A stretch of DNA of 63,690 bases, the filler included, from Octopus bimaculoides (Eukaryota): the NCBI RefSeq assembly GCF_001194135.2. It is 4 parts of 4 records of this genome, joined end to end, with 100 filler letters (N's around TTAATTAATTAA, not from the genome) between each part and the next. Parts side by side here need not be neighbours in the genome. Positions count along the whole stretch, not along the records: positions 23,910 to 55,095 come from NC_069003.1; 3 more parts are not named here. One strand, 5' to 3'. The first letter of the stretch is position 1. Each line of letters opens with the position of its first letter. Made by a program: the position numbers and the translations under genes. The notes below the pieces were generated by a model. The model was given only the letters and a program-made list of their open reading frames with translations, did not search any database and was not told the DNA's origin. Below are positions 28,150 through 39,696 of the stretch, piece by piece.

Positions 28150-28380
28150 CTTTATTGCCTACAGAGGGCTAAACATAGAGGTGACAAACAAGATCAGACA
28201 AAGAGATTAAGTCGATTACATCGACCCCATTGCGTAACTGGTACTTATTTAATCGACCCTGAAAGGATGAAAGGCAAAGTTGACCTTGGCAGAATTTGAA
28301 CTCAGAACATAACAGTAGACGAGATGCCGAGATGCCGATAAGCATTTTGCCCTGCGTGCTAATGATTCTGCCAGCTCGAA
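28150..28380 (-). mobile_element. SINE family B copy with an alternative tail
   Basis: Reverse complement of the family B head and core (GGTACTTATTTAATCGACCCTGAAAGGATGAAAGGCAAAGTTGACC on plus). Confidence 0.8.
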
Positions 28381-29569
28381 AGCAAAAATAAAACAAAAAT
28401 GATAGACTTCAGTATATTGACCACAGGAATTACTGTCAGTGACATGGTTAAACAAAGTTGTACATATTTCCCTCTTTCTCTCACATACCCACTCTTTTTC
28501 TTTCTTTTATTATTACTCCCACTGCCACAACCAACACTACTACTTTTAATAAAACATCTTCAATTCTCCCTAAATTCCTTTGTCTCTCTTTCTCTCCCTC
28601 TCTTTTTCTTTCTCTCTCTTTCTTTGTCTGTCTTTGCCACCGCCCTCACCATCTCTATGCCTACTATTACTCTCACCTCATCATGAGGAATAGTGGGAGT
28701 GTCATTGAACAGTAAGAGGGAGGGGGTCGAAGTGTGACACACTGACACACAGAAATTAGTTTTCGTATTTATTATATTGGAAATATATATATATATAGTT
28801 ATAAAATCTCAAGGAGAGATAGAGTAGTAATGTATACTAAACAGTAAAGTGAGTAGCCACATCAAAGTGGCAAATGAATATTACTACTTGTTTAACTCTA
28901 GGTGGATTCTCTACCAACTTGTTTGCGGTGCAAGCTCTGCACCATTTATGTACAGTACATCACTAGCAGGGGGAGTGAACCCTTACTATCCTCCAACAGC
29001 TGACAGGATCGCAGGACCGGCTGGTTTCGAGCTATTTGGCTCATGTTAGCCGCACATACATGCACAGTGGAGTGTAGCTAAGATCTGCTTCTGCCATCGA
29101 TATATTGTAAACAAAGTGACCATCGGTCACTGAAATCTCAAGAAGAGATAGAGTAGTAACGTATACTAAACAGCAAAGCGAATAGCCACATCAAAGTGGT
29201 AGTGGAATGTTAATACTAGTTTAACCCCTTGCTTATCCTTATATTTACTCCTATATTTATACATATGCACACACACACACACATCAACAGTACAATATAA
29301 TCAAGAAGTTTATTACAGTGAAGGCAAAGGTTCAAGTGAAACCAAAATAATAGAAACAACAGCAATAAAACAAAAAATAAAATCAAAAATGAAACAACAA
29401 AAAATTAAATAAAAAGTTAAATTACAGGAAAAGCCTGGCCATATCTAACATCCTGTAAGATGAGACAGTGAGTTGATATGAAATGAGTCAACGATGGTTT
29501 TAAAGCCAGCAGGCAGACAATGCAGGTCTTGCATGCAAACTGTATATGCTATGTATATGTATATGTTGT

Positions 29570-29730
29570 AGGCCTAGTGGTTAGGGTACTTGACACACGG
29601 TTGTAATGTTGTGGGTTCAGTTCCTCATCTGGATAGTGTGTTATGGCTCTTCATGCAAGGCACTTCATTTCACATTGCTGTTGTCTATTCAGCTAAAAAT
29701 GAATACCAGCCAAGTACTGGAGCAGCTCTG
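29570..29730 (+). mobile_element. SINE family C remnant
   Basis: GGCCTAGTGGTTAGGG (A box)...GGGTTCAGTTCC (B box)...CAAGGCACTTCATTTCACATTGCT. Confidence 0.6.
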
Positions 29731-29919
29731 TCTGTCTGTCCCTTCTCTCTCTCTCTTTCTTCTTTTATCTGTCACATTCTTGATGTGCCACTAGATCAAA
29801 GGATGGGTGTCTATATTGTCTGTTTGCAACTACATAAAGCACCTAAAACAATTAGTGAAAGTGAAAGCATGGTACATGCGTCCTGGCTAAATTCAATTGC
29901 AGGTGACAGCTGGCTCTTT

Positions 29920-30390
29920 ATATATTTACTACATATATGGAAAATCAGTGTGTGTTTGTTTGTGGTGTTGTTATCTAACTCCTCCTACATCGTTTTACTG
30001 ATTTTGATGAAACTTGACACTTGAGTAGAACTCATGTCTGAAAACCTCGTGACATACTTCGATTGCTGAAAAATCCATAATATGGCCCCTGGAAGGGACC
30101 TTTATATCTACCTTATATAACCAATTTTTTTAAAAAAACCCGGAGAGAAATAACTCATACCACTTCCACAATATTTTTTTAACCATTCAAGAAACTCTAC
30201 AAACTTAATAAGATTCACCAAACCATCAGATATTTATTATTTAACTGTAATATTTGTAAGTGTTGTAAAATGTATTGATAATCTACATGTTATTTTATTT
30301 TCAAATCTATATGCAAATTTATTTGTATGTCTACTGTAAAACTAAAGGTCAGTCTGTTTCAACATTCATTGCAAATCTATTGCAACACTA
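29920..30390 (+). mobile_element. Possible non-autonomous Helitron/Helentron-like element
   Basis: 5' TA-rich start followed by a GTGTGTTTGTTTGT microsatellite and a ...CTGATTTTGATGAAACTTG... motif typical of DINE/HINE-like elements; CTAG near 30388. Resemblance only. Confidence 0.3.
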
Positions 30391-30857
30391 GCACCCCTGA
30401 AAGTAATATTCTCTGGGAACACACAAAAGCCCTTTTCAGAGTTATTTACTTTGAATTGTTATTATCTCATATCTGATTAGTCTGTCATTGTGTAACGTGC
30501 TTCACGATTTTGGTATGCATACCTTATTGGTATTTTCTCCTTAAGTCCTTTTTTTCTCTGAGAACACATTAAAGCTCTTTTGGGGGCTACTTTATTTGAA
30601 TTCTTACTATTGGGTAACTAATTTCATGCTATTACATAACTGACTTCACAATTTGGGTATTCATAACTTTAGTTTTGTTGAATTTGTTAAATACCATTGC
30701 TGTTTTTACCTGTGGGCCTATTGAATTTTTTTTTTTCGTCTTCTTCCCCATTTTGGGGTGAAGTGACTAAAAAGAGAAAAAGAAAATAGAGTGTGGACCA
30801 GTTCCAGCACATGCCAGGAGTTAGGCTTCAGCAGCTGGAAAAGGTACAACTACAGAT

Positions 30858-32081
30858 ATGCTAGAAGTACGAGAAATCAAAATTGAACAGAAGAAACTGA
30901 AAGGGTATAACAAGCTGATTCAGAAGGATGGATCTAGTTTAAGGCTGAACCTGCCAGAAGAAGTGAGAACCAGTACAATGAAACAAACAGTGGTTTACAA
31001 AACACTGTCTACAACCACCAAGAAAATCGAAACAGCCACAGTAGAAGCGATGGAAGAATGTCTTAAGGAGATAAAGAACCTGACAACATTCTACACAAGA
31101 GGCAGAAAATACAGCACAGTGGAGGTGAAGATTGCCAACGAACAGGAGGCAATAAATCACTCCACTGTGATGCTCAGGACACAAGAATGGGTACATCTGC
31201 CAACCTACTGTGGCAAAAGGGTTGCCAGAGTTAGAATAGGCAGGGTACACCCGGAAATCAAAGAAGCGTGGCTGGTGGCAGCTGTAATGCATAAAACTGA
31301 TTAGGACGCCAAAATTTTAAAGGTGACAAGGACAAAGAAGATAAACTGGAGGGGATATGGCCTCGAAATGGTCCTTCAGGTTGGACAAAAAAATTTGAAC
31401 AAAATCGTTGAAGAGATGAATCTACCGGAGAACAAAAGGTTGGGAGTGGTGGTGGGAGGAAGACCACCTACCTGCTATCAATGCAAAGAGATAGGACACA
31501 TTAGAATAAGGTGCCCCCAGAGAGACAGTAAAAATGAGGAAAGCAAACAGGAGCAGACTGCCAAAGTGGCGGCCCTAGTAAGTGAGAAATGCATGGAGGA
31601 AACAGAGGAAGCATTTACAGAGATGGCCAGGAGATAAAGAAAAGAATTAGTGAACTCACCTCTGAAGAGTCCAAAAAAGAAAAAGGAGAGTGAAATGGAC
31701 ATTGCACAGCTTATGCAGCACACATCTCCATCAGCATCACCAACAAAAGGAAACAAAAAGGAAACCTACCCAGACAACCCAAGTTCACTGCAGAAACAAA
31801 CAGTTAAAAAGCCCAGGAAAAATAAATGGTATATGGTAACATATACAAAAAGTACAGCAATAGAAAGGTAAATAGCGAAATTCAAATCGGTAATTAGAGT
31901 AAAATTACCAGTGGAGCTTCACACAGAAAATACAAAAGGCATAGTAATAGACCAACAGAGGTATGGAAAATTAAAAGAACGATTTGGAACCAACATAGAC
32001 CCATTGGGAGTGGAGGTAGGGTTCGACGACCTGCTGCCTGTTGTTGACTATGTAAATTTGAAGTCATGCATGAACACATAA
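30858..32081 (+). pseudogene. Gag-like/ORF1 protein with CCHC zinc knuckle (L1/Tx1-type ORF1), 408 codons with three in-frame stops and no frameshift
   Basis: Track ORFs 30858-31304, 31323-31637 and 31650-31871 share one frame that continues to TAA at 32079-32081. Contains GRPPTCYQCKEIGHIRIRC (CX2CX4HX4C) followed by a low-complexity K/E/S/P-rich tail. Confidence 0.8.
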
Positions 32082-32734
32082 AGCATGAGTAAACTTTAAA
32101 ATTTTGTTAGAAGAGACAATACATACGATGCTGAAAAGGGAAAAAAAGAGAAAAAAAAAGTGATATAAAAACTTTTTATGAAAACAGTTAAATGGTACTG
32201 CTGGAGAGTGGGGTTCAAGTAGCCATTACATCCTCATTAATTATTATTCATCTCTCATTCATTCGTTTTGTTTTTTGTCCCCACTGTGGTGTTCTGGCTG
32301 TCCTTGTGCTGTCTCCCTCTGTGTCATGGCCTGAGTGTTAAATAAAGAAATTGTATTGTTATTAGATTAGTGAAACAATTATGAGAATGGAACCAAGGGA
32401 CAAGCGCTGCTTTTCCAGGAATTACCGGGTACATCAGCTAGTTATAAATAAAAGTAAAAACTTACTGTGGACAAGGCTGTGTGGTGTTTGGTTATAAATA
32501 TATAAATATAGAATACATCAAGTACAGGACATCACCAATGAGTGAAAATTATGTAGACACACAAGCGATAAGTACAGGACAAATTACCAAAAAATATACA
32601 ATAAGAATAGGACATCACCAATAAATGAAAAATACGTAAACATAATGAGAGACAAGTACAGGACAAAATACCAAAAGAAGTCTAACCCCCTCCTCAGTTG
32701 TTGACTGTTAACTACTCCCTACATATATATTCAT

Positions 32735-32956
32735 GATCATCATTGTCGTTTAACATCCATTTTCCATGCTGGTATAGGTTGGAAGGTTTGACTGAGAACT
32801 GGCTGGCTGGAAGGTTGCACCAGGCTTCAATCTGATTTGGCAAGGTTTCTACAGCTGGATGCCCTTCCTAACGCCATCCACTCCAGCATGGGTGCCAGTC
32901 AGGCAGCACTGACATCGGCCATGCTCAAATGGTGCTTTTTACGTGCCACCATATAT

Positions 32957-32987
<31 letters not shown>

Positions 32988-33230
32988 TTTAACATGTGTT
33001 TTCCATGCTGGCATGGGTTGGACACTTTGACAGGAGCTGGCCAGCTGGGGAGCTGCACCAGGCTCTTTTACACGGCACCAGCTCCCACAAGCTTGCAAGA
33101 CAACGACCACTTGGCTGAGGGAGGGAGTGGGAAGCAGACCTGTATATATGGATGGCCATGATTTTACTTAGCTTAACATGTCTCCTCAAGCACAGCAAAT
33201 TGCCAGAATTTTGGGTCTCCCAGACACATA
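32735..33230 (-). mobile_element. Two head-to-tail RTE-type 3' end fragments
   Basis: Reverse complements of the 26.9-27.4 kb termini (TTTAACATCCATTTTCCATGCTGG..., CAGCTGGATGCCCTTCCTAACGCC) each starting from (CAT)n. Confidence 0.8.
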
Positions 33231-33559
33231 AATGCTTTTATACGAAGTCACACAAAGCAGTGTTAAATAAAATATGTTCGTGTAAAGTCATATTAAACAT
33301 GTTCAAGTATGTTTGGACACCAGAGAAAATTCTTCTCCCAAATGACATGCATGCATGAAAACACATATTGGGTTGTGAATGCCATTTGATTGTAGGATGC
33401 ATGCATTTCTGTACTCTTTCATGTTGTCAACTATGTATGCCAACTCTGTTATTCATAACCTATCAAATACGACTTTACATGAATATGTTTTATTCAACAA
33501 GGCATAAGGGCAACTTTTTATATTTAATTCTAGTTTGATCAAGTTTTATGCACATCAGC

Positions 33560-33870
33560 GAGCTAATTCAGTTGAGAAATACTTCTTTTGGTAGAAGGTT
33601 CTGCATAAAATATAATGAAAGACTTCATGATTTCTCCTTCAGTAATGAACCTGAGGTACAGAGAAACTTGCTCAACATTACTGATGTCTGATGTTTCATC
33701 AACAACAACAGAATTTCCTAACCACTTCATTGCATCATTTGCACTGAAGGCTAATATAACTTCAGCCATTGTAGCAATTATTTCATTTTGAACTATTGAT
33801 GAACTCTAGTTTGCAGTTTTTCTCCCAGATGAGAAATATTCTTGAACTGAAGATGTAGAAGTTCCAAAAA
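33560..33870 (-). mobile_element. hAT-superfamily transposase fragment (DUF4371/ZMYM1-like region)
   Basis: IVQNEIIATMAEVI...SVVVDETSDISNVEQVSLYLRF matches the hAT QNEII...DETxDIS..EQ.S..RY/F motif. Confidence 0.8.
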
Positions 33871-33884
33871 CCCAACATCTTTTA

Positions 33885-34277
33885 TCCTTAATCTTTTATT
33901 TGTTAAAGTCATTAGACTGTGGCCATGCTGGGGCACTGCCTTGAAGAATTTTTAGTCAAATGAATCGATCCCAATACTTAATTTTGTTAAATCTGACACT
34001 TATTCTATTGGCATCTTTTGTCGAACTGCTATGTTACAGGGTTGTATATACACCAACACCAGTTGTCAAGTGGTGGGGTGGGGGACAGACACAAAGAGAC
34101 ATATATATATATAAAACGACTGACTTCCTTCAGTTTCCATTTACCAAATCCACTCACAAGGCTATGGTTTTCCCAAGTAGAAGACATTTAATCAAGGTGC
34201 TATGCAGTGGGACTGAATCTAGAACTGTGTGTTTGGGAAGTGAGCTTCTTACTGCACAGTCACCTGCACTTGCACCT
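33885..34277 (-). mobile_element. SINE family A (head plus tail), CpG-decayed
   Basis: Reverse-orientation homologue of 10011-10445 and 23501-23667. Confidence 0.8.
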
Positions 34278-34904
34278 AAGCCATGTTTAATGTTGTAAAC
34301 TTTCACCTAAGATATCGCTGTTCTCATGTCACTGTTCTCTGCATGACTTCACTGAACCATGTTTAAGAGTGTAGTGAACAAATGAATTTTAATAATAATC
34401 TTTCAGTACTCTTAGTTCTGCTCTACTTACTGCTTCTGTACAACATTTACTTGACCTAGCACCTATGTTTTGTGCTTTCTTTTTGCTCTATAGTCTACCC
34501 ACGTCATCAAGTTCTCACCGATGACAAGCATTTTTTGTATGCATTGCAAACCATAGATATTTTTTTTCCAGTTTTCAATAGAAAATAATGTATGACCTCA
34601 TTACAGGTCAACATAAAGTTTGACATTACTTAACGGCATAGGTCAACCAAGGATAAATTTTAAATCATTCACTATGGAAATCTCTCAAATTTGACCTTTT
34701 ACTAAATTTCTTTTCTTTATTAGATTGTGTCAGTGACTGCCTGGTTCAGTTTCTGTGCTATTATTCTGCAAAGACAACAAAGTCAGTGAAGATTCAAGAA
34801 CCACATTCATTCCATTGCCATTTGCAATACTTGAAATATTTTGAGATTTGGAGGAACCAGATTTCCAAATGGGCCAATCATAGGTTCAATTTTTATCTAT
34901 ACTG

Positions 34905-35050
34905 GTTTCAAATGTTGGCACAAAACTAGCAATTTTTGGGGAAGAGATAAGTCAATTACATTGTCCCAAGTACTTATTTTATCAACCTTGAAAGGTTGAA
35001 AGGCATAGTGGACCATGGTGGAATTTGAACTCAGAATGTATAGATGGACA
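34905..35050 (-). mobile_element. SINE family B fragment
   Basis: GTACTTATTTTATCAACCTTGAAAGGTTGAAAGGCATAGTGGACCATGGTGGAATTTGAACTCAGAA. Confidence 0.7.
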
Positions 35051-35554
35051 AGATTTTATCTATATTGTAAGGTGTTCTTGTGCTGATGACATTAAGCCCC
35101 AGGTTTGCTCTGATTGAATAGATCTGCAATCAAAGGCTTTCCAACTGTCTTTTTTTTTTCTTTTGCATATCACACACTACATTAATACATGTGTTCTTCC
35201 TTTTTTTAAGCTAATCAGGTATGACGAGGAGAATTTTGCTCCTGTTTTTAGCTGTAGCAGCAGCAGTGGTAGTTGTAGTGATGGTGGTGGTGGTATTGAT
35301 TTTAAATATTATATCACAGTTAGGTGTTTCCAGTGGACCAATGTTTGATTTAATACATTTCTGATATGCACTTTGGCTTCTATTGTTAAAAAAATTAACT
35401 GGTTTCTCAGTTTTCCTCCTCAAGATGAGGATCTTTGCTATCTGTACATTAGTAATGTGTGTGTGTGCGTGTGTATGAATATATATGTGTGTGTGAGTGT
35501 GTGTGTGTGTATGTGTGTGTGTGTGAGAGAGTGTGTGTGTGTGTGTGAGAGAGA

Positions 35555-35602
<48 letters not shown>

Positions 35603-35629
35603 TATCCAAAATGTATAGTATTAGATATC

Positions 35630-37740
35630 CATCACGGCTGATCTTACCAATTGGTTTTGCATAAATAATACAATGGAGTGTTAGGTAACAATCTAATTAC
35701 ATAACCTTATGCTCATCAGAGTTAGCCAATATGGAAGGGAATATGGCGACTGCTCTCTATTGTCGAAGGTGGATTAGCACAACTGGTTGGCTGCTGCTGT
35801 GAAAAAGGTGGTGAAACGAAAAAGGGCCAGGGAATTAGATTAGGAGTTAAGTCCCTTGGTTGGGTAAGCTGTGAAGCTGGCAAGAGTTATCTTGAAGTGG
35901 GGAAAGTGTGTATTATTTATGTTGTGCTCCTGTGGGGATGGGGTGTGTGGTATGTATCATATGTATAATTTTTTTCTAGCGGGTGTAGGTATACATAGCT
36001 GTGTTCGTTGATCTGTTTTCTTTCTGTAAAGGATAAAGTCGTGTGGTGGGGATGTTATGTTAGCCTGCAGTGTGTAATGTGTGTGTGTGTGGGGGGGTCT
36101 GCGTATATGTGTGTGTATGGGGGGGGGGTCTGCGTATATGTTGGGGTACAATTTGTGTGAAGAGGTATGGGTTTGGGGTGGTAGGAGGCAGTTTATTTTG
36201 TTGGGTGTGCATGTGTTTACACGGGTGCATTGGTGTGTGCTTTGGCCATGGTCAAGCTCTTTTTGCCAGGCTCAAGGGCATTAGAGGAAGGTGGTTTGCA
36301 GAAGGTCAAGGCAGGGGACCTGTGGCTGCAATCATGGTGGGGCACGCAGGTATGATACAATGATACAATGTACTTCCTTTCATGCAGGCAAGGATTAAAC
36401 ACCTCACTCTTGCTATTCAGGTAAACATCCGGGCACTGGGTACCTTTTAAAATTACTCTCTTCTTAGCCAGGTATAATTTGCACTTCCAGTAACTATTGA
36501 AGTACAGTTTGCATCTTTCTAGGATATTCCACTTTATGCTGTACTCTGTGGCACTTTCTTTCAAATTCCAGACATGCTTGGCTAGGGTTGTGGTGTTATG
36601 TCTCTCTGGGATGTTGAATGAGGACTTGTGGTTATTGAAGCAGGTTCTGAAAGGGTCTTCCATTGCCCCCACATATTTCTGCATGCTCGGTTGTCCATTA
36701 GGTCCTATTGTTGTTACTTCTGCCTTGTAAACAACTGATTTCGTATAGCAGTGGCTATTTAGTGGACAAGTTGTGTTACCCCTGCATGAGCATCCTACTT
36801 CAGCCTTGTGTTTGAGCCTACCTACTAAAATCCTTTTTACACTTGGTGCACAACTAAAGGATAACCTCATGGTATGTCTATTAAATATTTTGTTGAATCT
36901 ATTGGTAGGGGGAAGTGTCTATCAACTAAACTAAGGAAGATCTTACCTACTCTGGTCTTAACGATTCCAGGTCCAGGGTCATGTCAGGAAAATCTACTGT
37001 TTTCAGGTTGGTCTCTATAGTGACCTTCAGTCCGAGGGGGTGGATGGTGCTTGTGAGGTCTTTTCTGAGCCTATCTAGGATGTGGCTGTTAGCCCCTCTT
37101 GATATTGCCAATATGTCATCTCTGTAGAGGCCAAAGCTTGTTAAAAGGAATTCCTTTTTTAGTATATCCAGGATGAAGAGACCGACTAGGTCACACACAT
37201 CCATACTGTCAAAAGTACCCACTGATATGTCAAAGAAGCCCTCTGGGTCAGTGCGTTTGGTCCAAGTGAAGAGTGAGGTTCTTCTGGTGTGCATGATAAT
37301 GCGTATGTCCTTGTTGTTGACTTCAGTATGGGCACTAGCAAAGTTCAGTGCCTTTAACAGGAGCCCCCTTGATATAGATTGGTAGAAGTCCACTATATCA
37401 AATTGAGTAAACCTAGCTCTACTCCTACCACTGTCGGCATTAAACCATGTAATGGCTTTGTTGGTGTTGTACCATAGGGCAAGGTCAGAAGCGTTCCTAA
37501 TGACGTTACTGATCTTCCTGATGAGCCATTTGTTCACCTGTCTGATCTCAGGCTTCACAGGGTTTATCAGCCTGCATTTAGGGTTAGAGGCAAAGTTAGG
37601 CTTATGATCCTTGATCATTATGAAGGCCTCTTTCTTCACCAGCATCTCTACCCTATCTTCTATGCCTAGCTTAAAAGTTATATCTCTGGCCTCCTGGTTA
37701 ATACTGTTGTATGTCAAACACCCTGTATCTTGACTCATCT
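35630..37740 (-). mobile_element. Penelope-like element (RT + C-terminal GIY-YIG endonuclease; Naiad-like), 5'-truncated
   Basis: RT: KDHKPNFASNPKCRLINP, FDIVDFYQSIS, VCDLVGLFIL, GLYRDDILA. Linker: FLSLVDRHFP...IFNRHTMRLSFSCAP. Endonuclease: CSCRGNTTCPLNSHCYTKSVVYKA...YVG...FNNHKSSF...LAKHVWNLK...IKWNIL...LNSKSE..C.H. Confidence 0.88.
35636..35727 (-). ncRNA. Type I hammerhead ribozyme motif at the 3' end of the Penelope-like element, core G12 mutated
   Basis: Minus strand: ggctaact-CTGATGA-gcataa...ttatgc-AAAA-C CAATTG GTA-agatcagcc. Stem II 6 bp, palindromic stem III ACCAATTGGT, stem I ggct(a)a-ct/agatcagcc. GAAA has become AAAA (plus-strand T at 35658, a CpG site). Confidence 0.75.
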
Positions 37741-38850
37741 CTTGTAAAATATCTTGACTCAAATCATTTATTCTCCAACTCTCAATATGGTTTCCATCAT
37801 GGTCGGTCTACTGCTGATCTTCTCACTGTTATATCTGAGCATGTTTATCATGCCTTGAGTGTGTCTGGTCAAGTTAGGGCAGTTGCTTTTGATATCTCTA
37901 AGGCATTTGATAGGGTTTGGCATGCTGGACTTCTATGGAAGCTCCAATCCTTTGGTGTGTCAGGTTCCATGCTGAACATCATCTCCTCTTTTCTTTATGA
38001 CCATAGGATCAAGGTTGTTCTTGATGGTCAGTCCTCATCTAGTTATTCTATTAATGTTAGGGTTCCTCAAGGATCTGTTCTGGGCCCAACTCTCTTCTTT
38101 TTATCAATGATCTGCCTGATCATATCATTGCTGCTAATGATCTTTGATCTATTGTTGAATGGGGCAGGAAATGATTTGTAACATTCAATCCATCGAAAAC
38201 TAAACTTCTTTCAAGTAATCACTTCAGACATCCTTTCTTGCCATTGGTTTTGATGGATGGTATTGACTTTCCTGAGAGTCTTCGTCTCCTAGGAGTGACT
38301 TTCTGAAATGATTTTTCTTGGAAGACTTACATTGAATCTATTGCCAAATTGGCTGCAATGAAGGTAGGCTTGCTCCTTCATTCAAGGAGTTATCTCACTC
38401 CTGAGACTATTCTTTATCTTTATAAGTCCACCATTCATCCCTGCATTGAGTACTGTTTTCACATATGGGCAGATGCTCCTGCAGATTGTTTAACTCTGTT
38501 GGACTGCATTGAACGCCATATTTGTAAAGCTATTGGTCCTGATCTATCATCTAAATTAGATTCACTCTCTCATTGTCGTTGTGTGGCTTCCTTGTCTCTT
38601 TTCTATAACTATTTTCATGGACATTGTTCAGCTGAGCTCTCTTCTCTGGTTCCTCCTCTAAGAACTTATCAGTGATCAATTAGACTTACATCCAGTTCTC
38701 ATCAGTATACTGTGCAAACTCCTAAGTGTCCTAAAGCACTTTATGGTACCAGTTTCTTCCCTCGCATCTCTGAACTTTGGAATTCCCTTCCACAGTCTTG
38801 TTTTTCTCTTCAGTATGACCATCAGTCTTTTAAGCCTAATGTACACTGTC
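37735..38850 (+). mobile_element. Jockey/CR1-group LINE RT and C-terminal remnant, 5'-truncated
   Basis: SQYGFHHGRSTADLL, AFDISKAFDRVWHAGLL, VPQGSVLGPTLF, YLYKSTIHPCIEYCFHIW, VASLSLFYNYFHG. Confidence 0.9.
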
Positions 38851-38933
38851 TAGCGTCCATTTTATTTTAGTTGCTCTTACATTTTCAGTGGTCTAAGGAC
38901 TTTGTAAAGAGCAAATTCTTTTAAAAAAATATC

Positions 38934-38973
<40 letters not shown>

Positions 38974-38974
<1 letters not shown>

Positions 38975-39696
38975 AGGGTGTTCAGACTAAATTTGATATT
39001 AATTTTTTCAGAAACAGCTTGATGTATTGGTGAACAGTCAATGGTGTGGGAGAGCATAAAGATTAAAGTTGTAGGTGAGAAAAAGTTGGCTTTACATGGA
39101 CAACTGAAAGCTCTCTGAATATTGGAAAAGAGTTACTGCATCATAATGATTCCTACCAGGTATCAAAATGCAGACATCATGACTGTTGGAGTTCATCAAA
39201 CAACTGATGAACAGAGTCTTAGGCTAAATTCAGAAGGCTATGTGAAGCTGCTGCAGGCTGTGGTCAAACCCTGGCTGGAGAGGGTTGCTGCTGGAACACC
39301 ATGTATGGCAGCAGGATTTGGCTTCTTATCATACCTCCAGAAAGAGTCAGAAGTGGTTGTTGGAGAATTTCTATGACTTCATCAGCCCCAATTTCTGGTC
39401 CCATAATTCACCTAATTTCAATCCCATGGATTAATATGTGTGGGGCATGGTCGAGAAAGACCAAGATTAAGAAGGTGTTCAAAGATCTTCACAGTGAGGA
39501 TTGCCTATACCAGGTTTCAGAGCTGTCTTGAGTCCATGATGGAAGCTAAGAGCAGCTACTTTGAGTAAATTGTTATTTCTCAGCAATAATTTAGTTGATA
39601 TTTTTTTGATTTTTTAAAATACTTTTATTTTTGGATGGGATATTGTTTTTTCCATTTCCTTGTATGCAACCTGTCAGGTTTAACTTGAACACCCTG
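38974..39696 (+). mobile_element. Internally deleted Tc1/mariner (maT/DD37D-like) DNA transposon
   Basis: TIRs CAGGGTGTTCAGACTAAATTTGA / TCAGGTTTAACTTGAACACCCTG, preceded by TA; internal LRLNSEGYVKLLQAVVKPWLERVAAG. Confidence 0.85.

Noticed and set aside
36720-36800. Possible selenocysteine (in-frame UGA) in the Cys cluster of the Penelope-like element, as reported for some Naiad elements
   Set aside because: All four Cys codons in this block are TGC/TGT; no in-frame TGA at these positions.
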